DNA of 64,000 nucleotides from an archaeon (GCA_020057405.1 JAGVFW010000003.1:96001-160000); one strand, 5' to 3'. Shown: positions 27,417 through 37,409, numbered from the stretch's first letter. The notes: generated by a model not told the origin, from the letters alone. Program-made: numbers and translations.

Positions 27417-28424
27417 TCAACACACCCCTTCTGATACAGTACTCACTGTTTCCTTGTTTTTAATAACGCTTGCGATGAAGAACTCGCCGGCGCGATAAGA
27501 GCTTCGCACGAATGGACCGGCGGCGCAGTAGAGAAAACCGGCGTCAAGAGCGTGCCTCTCAAATTGCTTGAAGCGCGAAGGCGGGATGAACTCGGCTACC
27601 GGCAGGTGCCTTGAGGACGGCCGCAGGTACTGGCCGAGAGTAAGAAAATCACAGCCAATTGCGCGCAAGTCTGAAAACGCCTGCAGCAGCTGCTCTTCCG
27701 ACTCCCCCAGGCCGAGCATGATGGACGATTTCGTGAAAATCGATGGGTCGAGTGCCTTTACTGTTTGCAGGACTTTGAGCGACTGATCGTAGTTTGCGCG
27801 CGGGTCGCGCACGAACTTCTGCAGGCCGGCAGTTGTTTCCACATTGTGTGCGATGACGTGCGGCTTGGCAGCGACTATGGTGCGGATGCACTGCTCGTCA
27901 GCGCGGAAGTCAGGGATTAGCACTTCGACTAGAGTCTTTGGCGCCTGGCGCCTGATTTCGCGGATGACTTCGGCATAGTGGCCGGCGCCCTGGTCAGGCA
28001 AGTCGTCGCGGTCCACGCTTGTGATGACGACGTACTCAAGGCCCCACTTTGCAACTGCCTCGCCGACTTTTCGCGGCTCGTCCGCGTCAAGAACATCGCC
28101 TTTGGGCCCGTGGGGAACTGCGCAAAAGCGGCAGCCGCGAGTGCAAGTGTTGCCAAGCACCATGAAAGTCGCTGTGCCTCCGCTCCAGCACTCGGTGATG
28201 TTGGGGCAGTGGGCGCTTTCGCACACTGTATGCAAGCCGAGTGACTTGACTGTCGCCTTGACGTCGGCAAACTGGCCGGTTGGTGTCTTGATGCGCAGCC
28301 AGTCGGGTTTTGCGGGGTCTGCAACTTGCGAGAAGCTTAGAGTAGCGTAGTGCGGCGCAAGCTGGTGGGCTGAAATGCCTTCTTCCTGCGGTTCCCCGGC
28401 AGGCTCTACGCGCAGCGGAATCAT
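27417..28424 (-). CDS. lipA: Lipoyl synthase (classical LipA)
   Basis: CESAHCPNITEC (CX4CX5C), CTRGCRFC radical-SAM motif and C-terminal RSSY. Confidence 0.95.
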   Translation of the reverse strand: MIPLRVEPAGEPQEEGISAHQLAPHYATLSFSQVADPAKPDWLRIKTPTGQFADVKATVKSLGLHTVCESAHCPNITECWSGGTATFMVLGNTCTRGCRFCAVPHGPKGDVLDADEPRKVGEAVAKWGLEYVVITSVDRDDLPDQGAGHYAEVIREIRRQAPKTLVEVLIPDFRADEQCIRTIVAAKPHVIAHNVETTAGLQKFVRDPRANYDQSLKVLQTVKALDPSIFTKSSIMLGLGESEEQLLQAFSDLRAIGCDFLTLGQYLRPSSRHLPVAEFIPPSRFKQFERHALDAGFLYCAAGPFVRSSYRAGEFFIASVIKNKETVSTVSEGVC

Positions 28425-28555
28425 AGCACAGAGAATTGGCGCTGCAAGCAATTTAAAAACGATGCTGGAGGTAAAGCCAACGGCAAAAGACGAAGGGGAC
28501 CGGCACGGAGGGGTTAAACCCCACGCTTTTTAGCCCTTGGGGGTATCAACTCCTA

Positions 28556-29491
28556 GTGGTGGATTTAGTGGACGAGATTTACGACTTTGCAGTCATCGGG
28601 GCCGGCGGAACTGGCTTTGCGGCAGCGATGTATGCCGGAAGGTTCCAGCTAAAGACTATAGTCATCGGCGAGACGCTAGGGGGCACCATCATTTTGACTG
28701 ACGTGGTAGAAAACTACCCTGGCTTCAAGAAGCTGACTGGCATGGAATTGGCCGAGAAAATCCAGGAGCACGCAATGGATTACCCAAGCGTGAAAGTGGA
28801 GAACGACCGCGTGACGGACGTCAAGAAGGAAGGCGAGCTCTTCGCAATCACCACGCTTGAGGGAAAGGTCTTCAAGTCCAAGACCCTGCTTTTCGCAACC
28901 GGCACCGAGTGGAAGAAGCTCGGCGTGCCCGGCGAGAAGGAACTGATGAACCGCGGCGTGCACTACTGCGCTCTCTGCGATGGCCCCCTATACAAGGACA
29001 AGACTTTAGTCGTCGTCGGAGGCGGGGACAGCGCGGCAAAGGAAGCCCTCTTGCTAACGCAGTGGGCAAAGAAAGTCTACATGGTCTACCGTGGCGAGAA
29101 AATCCGGCCCGAGCCAATCAACTATGATAGGTGCATCGCCAACCCCAAGCTTGAGATAATCAGCACCACCAAGGTAGTTCAAATCAAGGGCGAGAAGAAA
29201 GTGGAAGGCGTAGTCTTCGACAAGCCCTACAACGGCAGCACGGAATTTCCCTGTGACGCCGTCTTTGTCGAGATTGGCCACCTGCCGCTATCGCAGCTTG
29301 CAGTCAAGCTGGGCGTGAAAGTGAACAAGAAGGGCGAGATTGAGATTGACAGGCTTGCAAGAACCAACGCGCCGGGAGTTTTCGCTGCAGGCGATGTTGT
29401 TGACACCGAGTTCAAGCAGGCGATTACTGGCGTTGCCGAAGGCGTCCTGGCGGCTTACAGTGCGAACGAGTTTTTGAAGGGCAAAGCCTAA
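28556..29491 (+). CDS. trxB: Thioredoxin reductase
   Basis: GAGGTG, VENYPG, CALCDG, GGGDSA and FAAGDV. Confidence 0.93.
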   Translation: MVDLVDEIYDFAVIGAGGTGFAAAMYAGRFQLKTIVIGETLGGTIILTDVVENYPGFKKLTGMELAEKIQEHAMDYPSVKVENDRVTDVKKEGELFAITTLEGKVFKSKTLLFATGTEWKKLGVPGEKELMNRGVHYCALCDGPLYKDKTLVVVGGGDSAAKEALLLTQWAKKVYMVYRGEKIRPEPINYDRCIANPKLEIISTTKVVQIKGEKKVEGVVFDKPYNGSTEFPCDAVFVEIGHLPLSQLAVKLGVKVNKKGEIEIDRLARTNAPGVFAAGDVVDTEFKQAITGVAEGVLAAYSANEFLKGKA

Positions 29492-29532
29492 ACGCAAACG
29501 CTTTAAACCCCGAAGAGTATAAGTGTGTTATA

Positions 29533-30108
29533 GTGATTTCAATGGAACACGTCAAGGGCGACATGCTCGTTGGTGAAATTGTTGCGCGCTACCCGCAGGT
29601 GGTGCCGGTTTTCCTAAAGTACGGCCTCCATTGCGTTGGCTGCCGCGTCTCGCCTTTTGAGACTATTGAAGAGGGCAGCATGGGCCACGGCATGCCGAAA
29701 GACGTTTTTGAGAAGATGATTGTCGAGGCAAATGAACTCGTTACCAACTCAAAGGCCGAAAAAGTCGCAAGCGGCGGGGAAAGCAAGCCCGTCTGGGTCA
29801 CCGAGAAGGCCGCGGTACAGATTCGAAAGATTGCAGAGGGCGAGGGCAAGGCCGGCTTTGGCTTGCGCATCAGCGTGCAGGCGGGAGGCTGCGCCGGCCA
29901 CAGCTACCAAATGGACTTCGAGGAGCAGCCCGATAAGGACGACGTCGTCATTGAGGCGCACGGCATAAAAGTTTTCTACTCAAGCGAGCTTGACAGCCTC
30001 ATCCACGGAACTACTATTGACTACCGCGAGGCGCTGCAGGGCGCGGGCTTTGTGATGCAGAACCCGAACGCCAAGACCTCATGCGGCTGCGGCCAGTCGT
30101 TTGCCTAA
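29533..30108 (+). CDS. A-type Fe-S carrier (IscA/HesB) fused to an N-terminal DUF1858-like domain
   Basis: N-terminal YP....F..YGLHCVGC...FETIEEG...HG; C-terminal GGCAG...NPNAKTSCGCGQSF. Confidence 0.88.
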   Translation: MISMEHVKGDMLVGEIVARYPQVVPVFLKYGLHCVGCRVSPFETIEEGSMGHGMPKDVFEKMIVEANELVTNSKAEKVASGGESKPVWVTEKAAVQIRKIAEGEGKAGFGLRISVQAGGCAGHSYQMDFEEQPDKDDVVIEAHGIKVFYSSELDSLIHGTTIDYREALQGAGFVMQNPNAKTSCGCGQSFA

Positions 30109-30467
30109 TCTTTTTTCAGGCCGAACCGAGATCCCAAGTCGTCCGCCTTTGACTTTTTGGCCGGCTTGTCGGAATATTTGAGCGAATAGTATTTTCCAAG
30201 GGCGAATGACGAACCCGCGTCAGGCGCGGTGTCCTTATCGTTGCCGTAGGCGGACGGCAGGTTGGAGAAAAGAACTTTCTGGCCGGCAAAGGCGACTGCG
30301 ACAACGAGCACTAGGCCCGCAACTCCGAACACCAGGCGGTTGGACACGCCAAACAGGTTGCCGCTGCCGGCGCCAGACACTAGTAGGGAGACACCGCCAA
30401 GAACTGCGCCAAAAAGGATTAGAAACTGCACAATTCGAATTGCTAGCGCCTTGGATCGATTGTCCAT
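30105..30467 (-). CDS. Small 2-TM membrane protein
   Basis: ATG at 30467, two hydrophobic helices and a charged tail. Confidence 0.55.
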   Translation of the reverse strand: MDNRSKALAIRIVQFLILFGAVLGGVSLLVSGAGSGNLFGVSNRLVFGVAGLVLVVAVAFAGQKVLFSNLPSAYGNDKDTAPDAGSSFALGKYYSLKYSDKPAKKSKADDLGSRFGLKKD

Positions 30468-30500
30468 ACGCTTTTTATGGCCGCTTTGGTTAAGAACTTT

Positions 30501-30959
30501 GTGAAAACGGTTTTTCTGGCAGCCGACCACGCCGGTTTTGAGCTAAAGGAATTCGTCAAGCACTTGCTCAAGCGCAAGGGCTATTCCGTCAAGGACTTCG
30601 GCACGCACTCAAACGAAAGCTGCGACTATCCTGACTTTATCATTCCCTGCGCAGCGGCGGTTGCCAAGAGCAAGGGCGCGGCCGCGGGAATCGTCTTCGG
30701 GGGAAGCGGCAACGGCGAGCAAATGGCCGCCAACAAAGTCAGGGGCATCCGAGCCGCGCTTTGCTATGACTTGCAGACTACAGTGCTTGCGCGGGAGCAC
30801 AATGACGCCAACGTGCTTAGCCTAGGGAGCCGGACGGTGACGAAGGACAAAAAGCTCGCGACGAAAATTGTGCTCGCGTTTTTGACAACCGCCTTTAGCG
30901 GCGAGGCGAGGCACAAGCGGCGTTTGAGGAAAATCGCGGCTTACGAGAGGCGCAAATAA
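30501..30959 (+). CDS. rpiB: Ribose-5-phosphate isomerase B
   Basis: ADHAGFELK, DYPD, GSGNG...ANKVRGIRAA, AREHNDANVL and F.GEARH.RR. Confidence 0.92.
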   Translation: MKTVFLAADHAGFELKEFVKHLLKRKGYSVKDFGTHSNESCDYPDFIIPCAAAVAKSKGAAAGIVFGGSGNGEQMAANKVRGIRAALCYDLQTTVLAREHNDANVLSLGSRTVTKDKKLATKIVLAFLTTAFSGEARHKRRLRKIAAYERRK

Positions 30960-31939
30960 TGGCAAAACTCTTGTTCATTGGAACGCTCGCCCTTGATGTC
31001 ATCGCCAAGCTGGATAAGCCGGGCAACACGGTTGTCGGGAAATTGACTGCAGCTGATTTCATGGCCAAAGCATTTGCCGACAAAGTCGAGCTTGACCGGC
31101 TGGAGGTGCGGCCCGGCGGGAGTGCCGCAAACGCGGCCATCGCCGCCCACGCGCTTGGAAGCAACTGCAGCCTCGTAAGCGCAGTTGGTGGCGACTTGTT
31201 CGGCAGGCACTTGGTTGCCAACATGAAGGGCCACGGCATTGCAGTTAACGGCGTTGCGGTGATGGCGGGACAAAAGACGAGCACGAGCGTCATTTTGCTT
31301 AGCGACGGCAACAAGGCGGTTCTCTCAAGCCGGGGCGCGTTTGCCCACCTCGGGCCCAAGCACTTGGGCGAAGAGCTCGTGAGAAAGAACGAGGTCATCA
31401 TCACCACTTCCCTATCCTCTAACGACAACTTCGCGCTCTTTCTAAAAGCCGTGAAGTTGGCGCACAAGGACCGCAAGAAAATCGTTTTCGCCCCAAGCAT
31501 GACGATGCTTAAGGCGCAGGGAAAGAAGTTCGCCAAGCTGCACCCGCACTTTGACCTGGCAATTTGCAACGAGGCCGAGGCGGCCTACTACACTGGCGAA
31601 AAAACGGCCGAGGCGGCAGTAAGAAAGCTGCCGGGCAAGGTGCGCGTGGTGACGATGGCGCAAAAGGGCGCGATTGCTTTTGCGGAAGGCAAGATTTTGA
31701 GAATTGCTGCCCCGCCGGTTAAGGTTGTCGACACTACGGGCGCAGGCGATTCATTTACGGGCGCGTTTGTGCACGAATTCTATAGCCACGGTAGCGTGAG
31801 AAATGCGTTGCAAACCGCAACTGCTGTCGCCGGACTCAAACTTGCGCACTTGGGCGCGCACTTTACTGGCACGGCTAAGGAAGTTAAAGCGTTCAGGAAA
31901 GCGCATGGCCGCCAGATGCTGGTAAAAACAGCGAACTAG
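30959..31939 (+). CDS. PfkB-family carbohydrate kinase
   Basis: GGSAANAA, VGGDLFG, CNEAEA and VDTTGAGDSF. Confidence 0.9.
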   Translation: MAKLLFIGTLALDVIAKLDKPGNTVVGKLTAADFMAKAFADKVELDRLEVRPGGSAANAAIAAHALGSNCSLVSAVGGDLFGRHLVANMKGHGIAVNGVAVMAGQKTSTSVILLSDGNKAVLSSRGAFAHLGPKHLGEELVRKNEVIITTSLSSNDNFALFLKAVKLAHKDRKKIVFAPSMTMLKAQGKKFAKLHPHFDLAICNEAEAAYYTGEKTAEAAVRKLPGKVRVVTMAQKGAIAFAEGKILRIAAPPVKVVDTTGAGDSFTGAFVHEFYSHGSVRNALQTATAVAGLKLAHLGAHFTGTAKEVKAFRKAHGRQMLVKTAN

Positions 31940-32241
31940 TTGTTGGGCGCCTTTAGGATGCCTTGAAGGAATTTGTACGCGGCAGTAACCGGTTCGGGAT
32001 TGCTGCGGGCGATTAAATTAATGATGTACTTCCCGTCCCGAAGCGATATTGAAATGTCGGCGATGGCCGCAGCTTTAAGCTCAAAGCCCCTCTGCTCGTC
32101 AGTGATGCGAAAGCCCGGAGGCAGTTGCAGCACTACCGTGAACGAAGACCGCTTGAGGGCCCCGGCGGTTTCCAACCGCGTCAGTTCAATGAGTGCAGCG
32201 CCGCGGCTAAGGAAATGTCCTAAGAGTGCCTTGATTGGCAT
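31936..32241 (-). CDS. Hypothetical protein
   Basis: ATG at 32241 just downstream of the HD-like gene; 101 aa. Confidence 0.5.
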   Translation of the reverse strand: MPIKALLGHFLSRGAALIELTRLETAGALKRSSFTVVLQLPPGFRITDEQRGFELKAAAIADISISLRDGKYIINLIARSNPEPVTAAYKFLQGILKAPNN

Positions 32242-32255
32242 GTAATCCCAAAAAC

Positions 32256-32663
32256 CTAGAATTGGCTGTGGTGGGCGCGCTTGAGTTCGAAGCACTCGCC
32301 CTTGCACAAGTAGACGAAGACCGCTTCTGACTTGTCTGCAGGGAACTCTAGAGAGTCGAGGAGTTCCTTTGCCTTCTTGGCGTTTACAGCGCACTTTTGC
32401 AGGAGGGGGGAAATGTCGTTTAGCTCGTGGCTTAGGATTAGAGTGTTGTCGCCCTTGCCGAGTTCGTGCAAGTAAGCGGCTGTGACGAGGACGTCGTACT
32501 TGCCGCCCTGCATTGAAACGTATCGCTTCATGTTCTTGACGACTTGCATGGTGTGCAGGTAGTCGGTTTTTGAAAGTTCCTTGAAAATTCGTTGCTGCAG
32601 CTTGGGTTCAAAGTCCTCATAATCGAACGAGGCCTGTTTGAATGTTTGTACACGCAGCGACAT
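32256..32663 (-). CDS. Short HD-domain-like protein (HE variant)
   Basis: HTMQVV...DVLVTAAYLHELGK resembles the HD motif (AAxLHDxGK). Confidence 0.6.
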   Translation of the reverse strand: MSLRVQTFKQASFDYEDFEPKLQQRIFKELSKTDYLHTMQVVKNMKRYVSMQGGKYDVLVTAAYLHELGKGDNTLILSHELNDISPLLQKCAVNAKKAKELLDSLEFPADKSEAVFVYLCKGECFELKRAHHSQF

Positions 32664-32908
32664 TCAATTTTTTCCTCGACGATACAACCAAAGTGGGGTA
32701 ATAGTATGTTGCGGATAGGATGCTTAAATAGCTTACCCCGTTTGCGAGGGAAAAACGCGTTTTTTCGAGCTGAAAACTCGTTTCGCTTGCCTTGAAAACA
32801 TCCGCCCGTGGGCAATTATTAAGACGGACGACGACAATAACTAAGTAATAGAAACTTCAAACGACTCGTTCGCGCCTTTTTTCCGCGCAAACGCCGGAGG
32901 AGATTTTC

Positions 32909-34075
32909 GTGGCAGTTGAATTTGAGCTTGAAGGCAACAACCTAATCGTTCGCGACCTAATCGCAGTCCAGGCAATCGACCGCGGGTTCTTCGGCTCCCC
33001 GTTCCGCGGCAGCAGAATAGAACTCCAGCTAACCCCGGAGGAGGCACTCTACCTAATTGACGTGCGCGGGGCAGTCTGCCGGGACGGCGAAGGCAACTTA
33101 GTCGGGTTTAATGACCTCGCAGAGCGCTTTGACGGCAAGAAGTTCCTCGCCCGCTACTTTTGCTACCGCGACTGGCGCGACAGGGGCATCGTGGCGCGGC
33201 CGATGTCTGAAGCCAAGGGCAATTACGGCCGCTCGCCAATGGGCAAGTACCCTTCCCAGGAGTATCAGCCGCCCAAAGTGAACGGAAAAGCGCTTTTCTT
33301 CAAGGACGACCTGATGGCAGTCATTGACGACAACGAGGTGGGCCGGCGGCTCTACGAAGAAGAGTGGTTTGGCCAGTTTGGCACGTATAAGGCGAAAAAG
33401 CACGGCCAGTTCCTAAAACTTGACGCTTACGAGACGCTATTTCTAATGCAGCACTCGCGGCTAAAGCTAAACGAGAAGGAAAAGCAGATTGTCGAGGCGG
33501 CGATTAATCGCCGGCCGGACTTCCTCGCACTCTACGAAGTTTACGAGGACTGGAGAATGCGGGGCTTTGTGCTAAAGACGGGCTTCAAGTTCGGCACGCA
33601 CTTTCGGCTCTACTTCCCGGGCGCCAAGCCGACACTGGAGGACGCCGAGTGGATGCACTCAAAGCACGTCATCCAGGTCTTTCCCCGCGACAGCAAGCTC
33701 TTAATTTCCGAGTGGGCGCGCGCCATCCGCGTGGCGCACGGCGTTCGAAAGACGTTCATTCTCGCAATCCCAGGCAAGAAGCAGCCGGGCGAGGAGAAAG
33801 TCGCCCTCGACTTCCTGCTTTACCACAGAAAGAAGGGCATCATCGAGACGCCGAAGAACGACAAGCCCAAATACGTCATGCTCGCCTTCAGCGAAGAGGA
33901 GGAAATCGGCGGGGCGGAACTGGCGAGTGCCATCGAGCAGGCAAAGGCAATGGGCCTCGACCTCATCCTGAGCATCTGCGACAGGGAAACGAGCGTCACG
34001 CACTACCGCATCAAGAGAATCGAGCTGCCGGGAAGCGGCTACGAGTACTACGAGATAGAGTGGATTCAACCTTGA
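32909..34075 (+). CDS. endA: tRNA-intron (splicing) endonuclease, epsilon2/ARMAN-type
   Basis: 388 aa with multiple EndA units (LTPEEALYL, YRDWRDRG; YEDWRMRG..KTGFKFGTHFRLY, HSKH, RKT), ARMAN-loop-like GTYK and C-terminal EIEWIQP. Confidence 0.9.
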   Translation: MAVEFELEGNNLIVRDLIAVQAIDRGFFGSPFRGSRIELQLTPEEALYLIDVRGAVCRDGEGNLVGFNDLAERFDGKKFLARYFCYRDWRDRGIVARPMSEAKGNYGRSPMGKYPSQEYQPPKVNGKALFFKDDLMAVIDDNEVGRRLYEEEWFGQFGTYKAKKHGQFLKLDAYETLFLMQHSRLKLNEKEKQIVEAAINRRPDFLALYEVYEDWRMRGFVLKTGFKFGTHFRLYFPGAKPTLEDAEWMHSKHVIQVFPRDSKLLISEWARAIRVAHGVRKTFILAIPGKKQPGEEKVALDFLLYHRKKGIIETPKNDKPKYVMLAFSEEEEIGGAELASAIEQAKAMGLDLILSICDRETSVTHYRIKRIELPGSGYEYYEIEWIQP

Positions 34076-34536
34076 GCGAAACTCGCACACTTTCCTCCTT
34101 TCCCGACAAAACTGGAAAAAAGCTAGTCGTGTGCTTTAAGGGGGAAAAACCGGGCGCAGGTACAGAGTACGAGCTTTCTCCTGCTCGGCGGCCGTTTTGG
34201 ACTTTAACGCCGGGAAGGGTTATTGAGGTTGGCCACGGGTACCTTTCTACTCCTGACGGCATGCAAAGGCGGGGGAACGCTGAAGAACTGATAAGGAGAT
34301 TGCACGAGGTCGTGTTTCCGGCCCTATCTCAAAAAACAGGCCTGACCGTAATCCATCGCATGGACCTCCTTGATGCGACAAACACGCCCATGCTCAATCT
34401 TGCCAAAAAGCTTGGCTTTAAGGGAATCCTGCTTAGCTTGGGCGGCTGGAGCAAGAAGATGAGCGGAAGCCCCAAGGAGATTCCAACAACTGAAGAACAA
34501 GAAATCGTCAGCTGGCTCGAGCGTAAGCAACAGTAG
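34072..34536 (+). CDS. GNAT-family acetyltransferase-like protein
   Basis: TTG start overlapping the endA stop. QRRGNAEELI resembles the acetyl-CoA motif A and NTPMLNLAKKLGF resembles motif B. Confidence 0.6.
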   Translation: MSETRTLSSFPDKTGKKLVVCFKGEKPGAGTEYELSPARRPFWTLTPGRVIEVGHGYLSTPDGMQRRGNAEELIRRLHEVVFPALSQKTGLTVIHRMDLLDATNTPMLNLAKKLGFKGILLSLGGWSKKMSGSPKEIPTTEEQEIVSWLERKQQ

Positions 34537-34609
34537 GCTTGGTTCGCCTGCGCACGCGAACTCTGGTCCCGCAAGCGGTTTTTAACCTTTAGCGAGCTTA
34601 ATCATCTCA

Positions 34610-36190
34610 ATGGCCGATACTGAAAAGCAGGGAATGTTCTGGGCTGACCAGGCGGCGCGAGAAGTCGCGGACGCCCCGTCAGGAATGCACGTAGTCAGCG
34701 ATGCAAAGACTCCAAGCGGCCGCGTGCACGTCGGAAGCCTTCGGGGCGTGATTGTCCACGACGTGCTGCACAAGGGGCTCCTTGATGCGGGAAAGAAGGC
34801 TGAGTTCGTCTACCGCTTTGACGACTTTGACCCGATGGACTCGTTTCCGGCTTACTTGCCTGAGAAATTCAAGGAATACATGGGCAAGCCGCTTTGCAAC
34901 ATCCCGTCGCCAGAGCCCGGTTTCGACAGCTTCGCGCAATACTACGCAGTGGAATTCGAGACAGTCTTTGAGGCGCTTGACTGCCACCCGCGAATTGTTT
35001 GGATGTCAAAGGACTACAAGGCGGGGCTCTTCGACGACGCGATCAAAACCGCGATTGGGAAGGCGGCCGACATCAGAGAGATTAACGAGAGAATCAGCGG
35101 CGGGAAAAAGCAAGGCGATTGGCTGCCGGTACAAGTCGTGTGCGACGAGTGCGGACGCATCGGCACGACGCAGGCAACCGATTTTGACGGCGAAACTGTC
35201 GCCTACACTTGCGCGGGCGCAAAATACTCGCCAGGATGCGGTCACGCGGGCAGGAAAAGTCCCTTCAATGGCGGAAGCAAGCTCACTTGGAAGGCCCATT
35301 GGGCGGCGCAGTGGCAAGTCTACAACGTCACAGTCGAAGGCGAAGGCAAGGACCACGCGGTCATCGGCGGCTCAAGGCAAGTGTCAAACGAAATCGCGAC
35401 TAAAGTGTTCGGCTACAAGCCGCCCTACGATTTACCTTATGAGTTCTTCTTAATCGGCGGGAAAAAAATGAGCTCCTCAAAGGGCCTCGGCAGCACGGCG
35501 AAAGAAGTTTCCGAAGCGCTCCCGCCCGAGCTCCTTCGATTCCTGCTCGTGCGATACAAGCCGCGCACTGCAATCAACTTTTCGCCAGAAGGGGAGACGC
35601 TCCCAAGGCTTTACGACGATTACGACACATATGGAGAGAACTTTTTCGGAAGAAGGCATAGCCGCGACCCAGACGAACCCCGCATTTACGAGTTCTCGCA
35701 AGTCAACGGCGTGCCAAAAGACTACTACCGGCCGCAGTTCTCCTTCATCGCATACCTTTTGCAGGTTCCGCACCTCAAGTTGCGGGAAGTGATTGAGAAG
35801 CGCATCGAGCGCATGCTAACGCAGGACGAAGCTGGCGAGCTCGAGCGGCGCAGCCGCTTTGCGCGCAATTGGCTTGAGAAGTACGCGGGCGAAGAGTACA
35901 TCCTAAAAGTGCTTGACCACCCAAGCGCCCTCAAGTTGCACTCGCAACTGGCTCCCGAGCTGCAGAAGGCCTTGGCTGACTTTGGCGAGTTTTTCGAGGA
36001 AACAACGAGCGAAAACGCCCAGACTGAGTACCTAAAGCGCATGTGCGAGAGGCACGGGGTCAAACAACAGGCTTTTTACGAAGCTGCTTACAACATATTC
36101 CTAGGAAAGCCCAAGGGCCCGCGCTTGCTGCCGTTTCTAAACGCTTTGGAACGGCCTTTCGTCGCCCAGAGGCTGCGCGGAGTCGGATGA
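34610..36190 (+). CDS. lysS: Lysyl-tRNA synthetase, class I
   Basis: FWADQ, TPSGRVHVGSLR, DDFDP, CxxC, EGKDH, KMSSSKG and GPRL. Confidence 0.95.
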   Translation: MADTEKQGMFWADQAAREVADAPSGMHVVSDAKTPSGRVHVGSLRGVIVHDVLHKGLLDAGKKAEFVYRFDDFDPMDSFPAYLPEKFKEYMGKPLCNIPSPEPGFDSFAQYYAVEFETVFEALDCHPRIVWMSKDYKAGLFDDAIKTAIGKAADIREINERISGGKKQGDWLPVQVVCDECGRIGTTQATDFDGETVAYTCAGAKYSPGCGHAGRKSPFNGGSKLTWKAHWAAQWQVYNVTVEGEGKDHAVIGGSRQVSNEIATKVFGYKPPYDLPYEFFLIGGKKMSSSKGLGSTAKEVSEALPPELLRFLLVRYKPRTAINFSPEGETLPRLYDDYDTYGENFFGRRHSRDPDEPRIYEFSQVNGVPKDYYRPQFSFIAYLLQVPHLKLREVIEKRIERMLTQDEAGELERRSRFARNWLEKYAGEEYILKVLDHPSALKLHSQLAPELQKALADFGEFFEETTSENAQTEYLKRMCERHGVKQQAFYEAAYNIFLGKPKGPRLLPFLNALERPFVAQRLRGVG

Positions 36191-36191
36191 C

Positions 36192-37409
36192 ATGACACAA
36201 GCAGAACTCAACATAATGACTTCAGGCCATGTCGACCACGGAAAGAGCACGCTAGTCTGGTCACTCACCGGCATTTTCCCCGACACGCACAGCGAGGAAA
36301 TCAAGAGAGGCATTACCATCAAGTTAGGTTATGCCGACCTGCTCATCCGCGAGTGCCCCAAGTGCGCTGCCCCAAACAACTTCACTGCAAAGGAAAAGTG
36401 CCCCGCGTGCACAAGCGAGACAAAACCGGCACGGCGAATCAGCCTGCTTGACGCGCCCGGCCACGAGACGCTCATGGCAACAGTTGTTGCCGCAAGCAGC
36501 GTTGTCGACGGCGCCCTCTTCATCGTCGCCGCCAACGAGGAGTGCCCCCAGCCGCAGACGATGGAACACTTAATGGTGCTCGAGGCGGCTGGTGTCAAAA
36601 AAATCATCGTAGTTCAGACCAAAGTCGACCTCGTTGAGAAGCCACAGGCGGCAAAAAACCACAAGCAAATCATCGACCTGCTAAAAGGCAGCGCGTTTGA
36701 GGGCTCGCCAATCATTCCGGTAAGCGCAATCAACGGCACCAACCTTGACGTCCTCCTTTACGCAATTCAGACGCTTATCCTGACGCCAGTGCGCGACGAG
36801 GCGGCGCAGCCGCTCATGTACATCGCAAGAAGCTTCGACATCAACGTGCCCGGCACCAAGCCGACCAAGATTGGCGGGGGCGTGCTTGGCGGAAGCATCG
36901 TCCGCGGCATCCTGTCCGAAGGCGATGACATTGAAATCCTCCCAGGCTACTTGGAAGTGAGAAAGGAACGCGAGACTTACAAGCCCATCAGGACAAAAAT
37001 CACTTCACTCAACGCTGGCGGCGCTGCAAAGCAGGCGAGGCCAGGCGGTTTAGTGGGCGTTGGCACGAGCCTCGACCCCGCACTCACGCGCGCGGATGCC
37101 CTTGTCGGCAATGTCATCGGCAGGCCGGGCACGCTTCCCCCGGTAGTCAACTCCTGCAACCTTGAAATTACGCCGATGAAGAGGCAGATGGCGAAGTTTT
37201 CCGAAGGGTTTGTCGAGAACGAGCCGCTCGTCCTGGGCATCGGCACTGCAACTACGGTCGGCTTTGTGCTTGGGAAAGTCAAGGGCAATCGAAAAGCAGT
37301 TGAAGTCAAGCTCAAAAAGCCAGTTTGCGCAAAGGCGGGCGACACGTTCGCCATTCTGCGGCGCACGAATAGCCGATGGCACTTCTACGGCACGGCTAAA
37401 GTAGTCTAG
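36192..37409 (+). CDS. eif2g: Translation initiation factor aIF2 gamma
   Basis: GHVDHGKST, RGITIKLGY, Zn knuckle, DAPGHE, CPQPQT and ARSFDIN.PG. Confidence 0.95.
   Translation: MTQAELNIMTSGHVDHGKSTLVWSLTGIFPDTHSEEIKRGITIKLGYADLLIRECPKCAAPNNFTAKEKCPACTSETKPARRISLLDAPGHETLMATVVAASSVVDGALFIVAANEECPQPQTMEHLMVLEAAGVKKIIVVQTKVDLVEKPQAAKNHKQIIDLLKGSAFEGSPIIPVSAINGTNLDVLLYAIQTLILTPVRDEAAQPLMYIARSFDINVPGTKPTKIGGGVLGGSIVRGILSEGDDIEILPGYLEVRKERETYKPIRTKITSLNAGGAAKQARPGGLVGVGTSLDPALTRADALVGNVIGRPGTLPPVVNSCNLEITPMKRQMAKFSEGFVENEPLVLGIGTATTVGFVLGKVKGNRKAVEVKLKKPVCAKAGDTFAILRRTNSRWHFYGTAKVV

Noticed and set aside
33649-34071. N-terminal half of the 295-aa ORF 33649..34536
   Set aside because: It is an out-of-frame overlap with endA. 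The real gene likely starts at TTG 34072.
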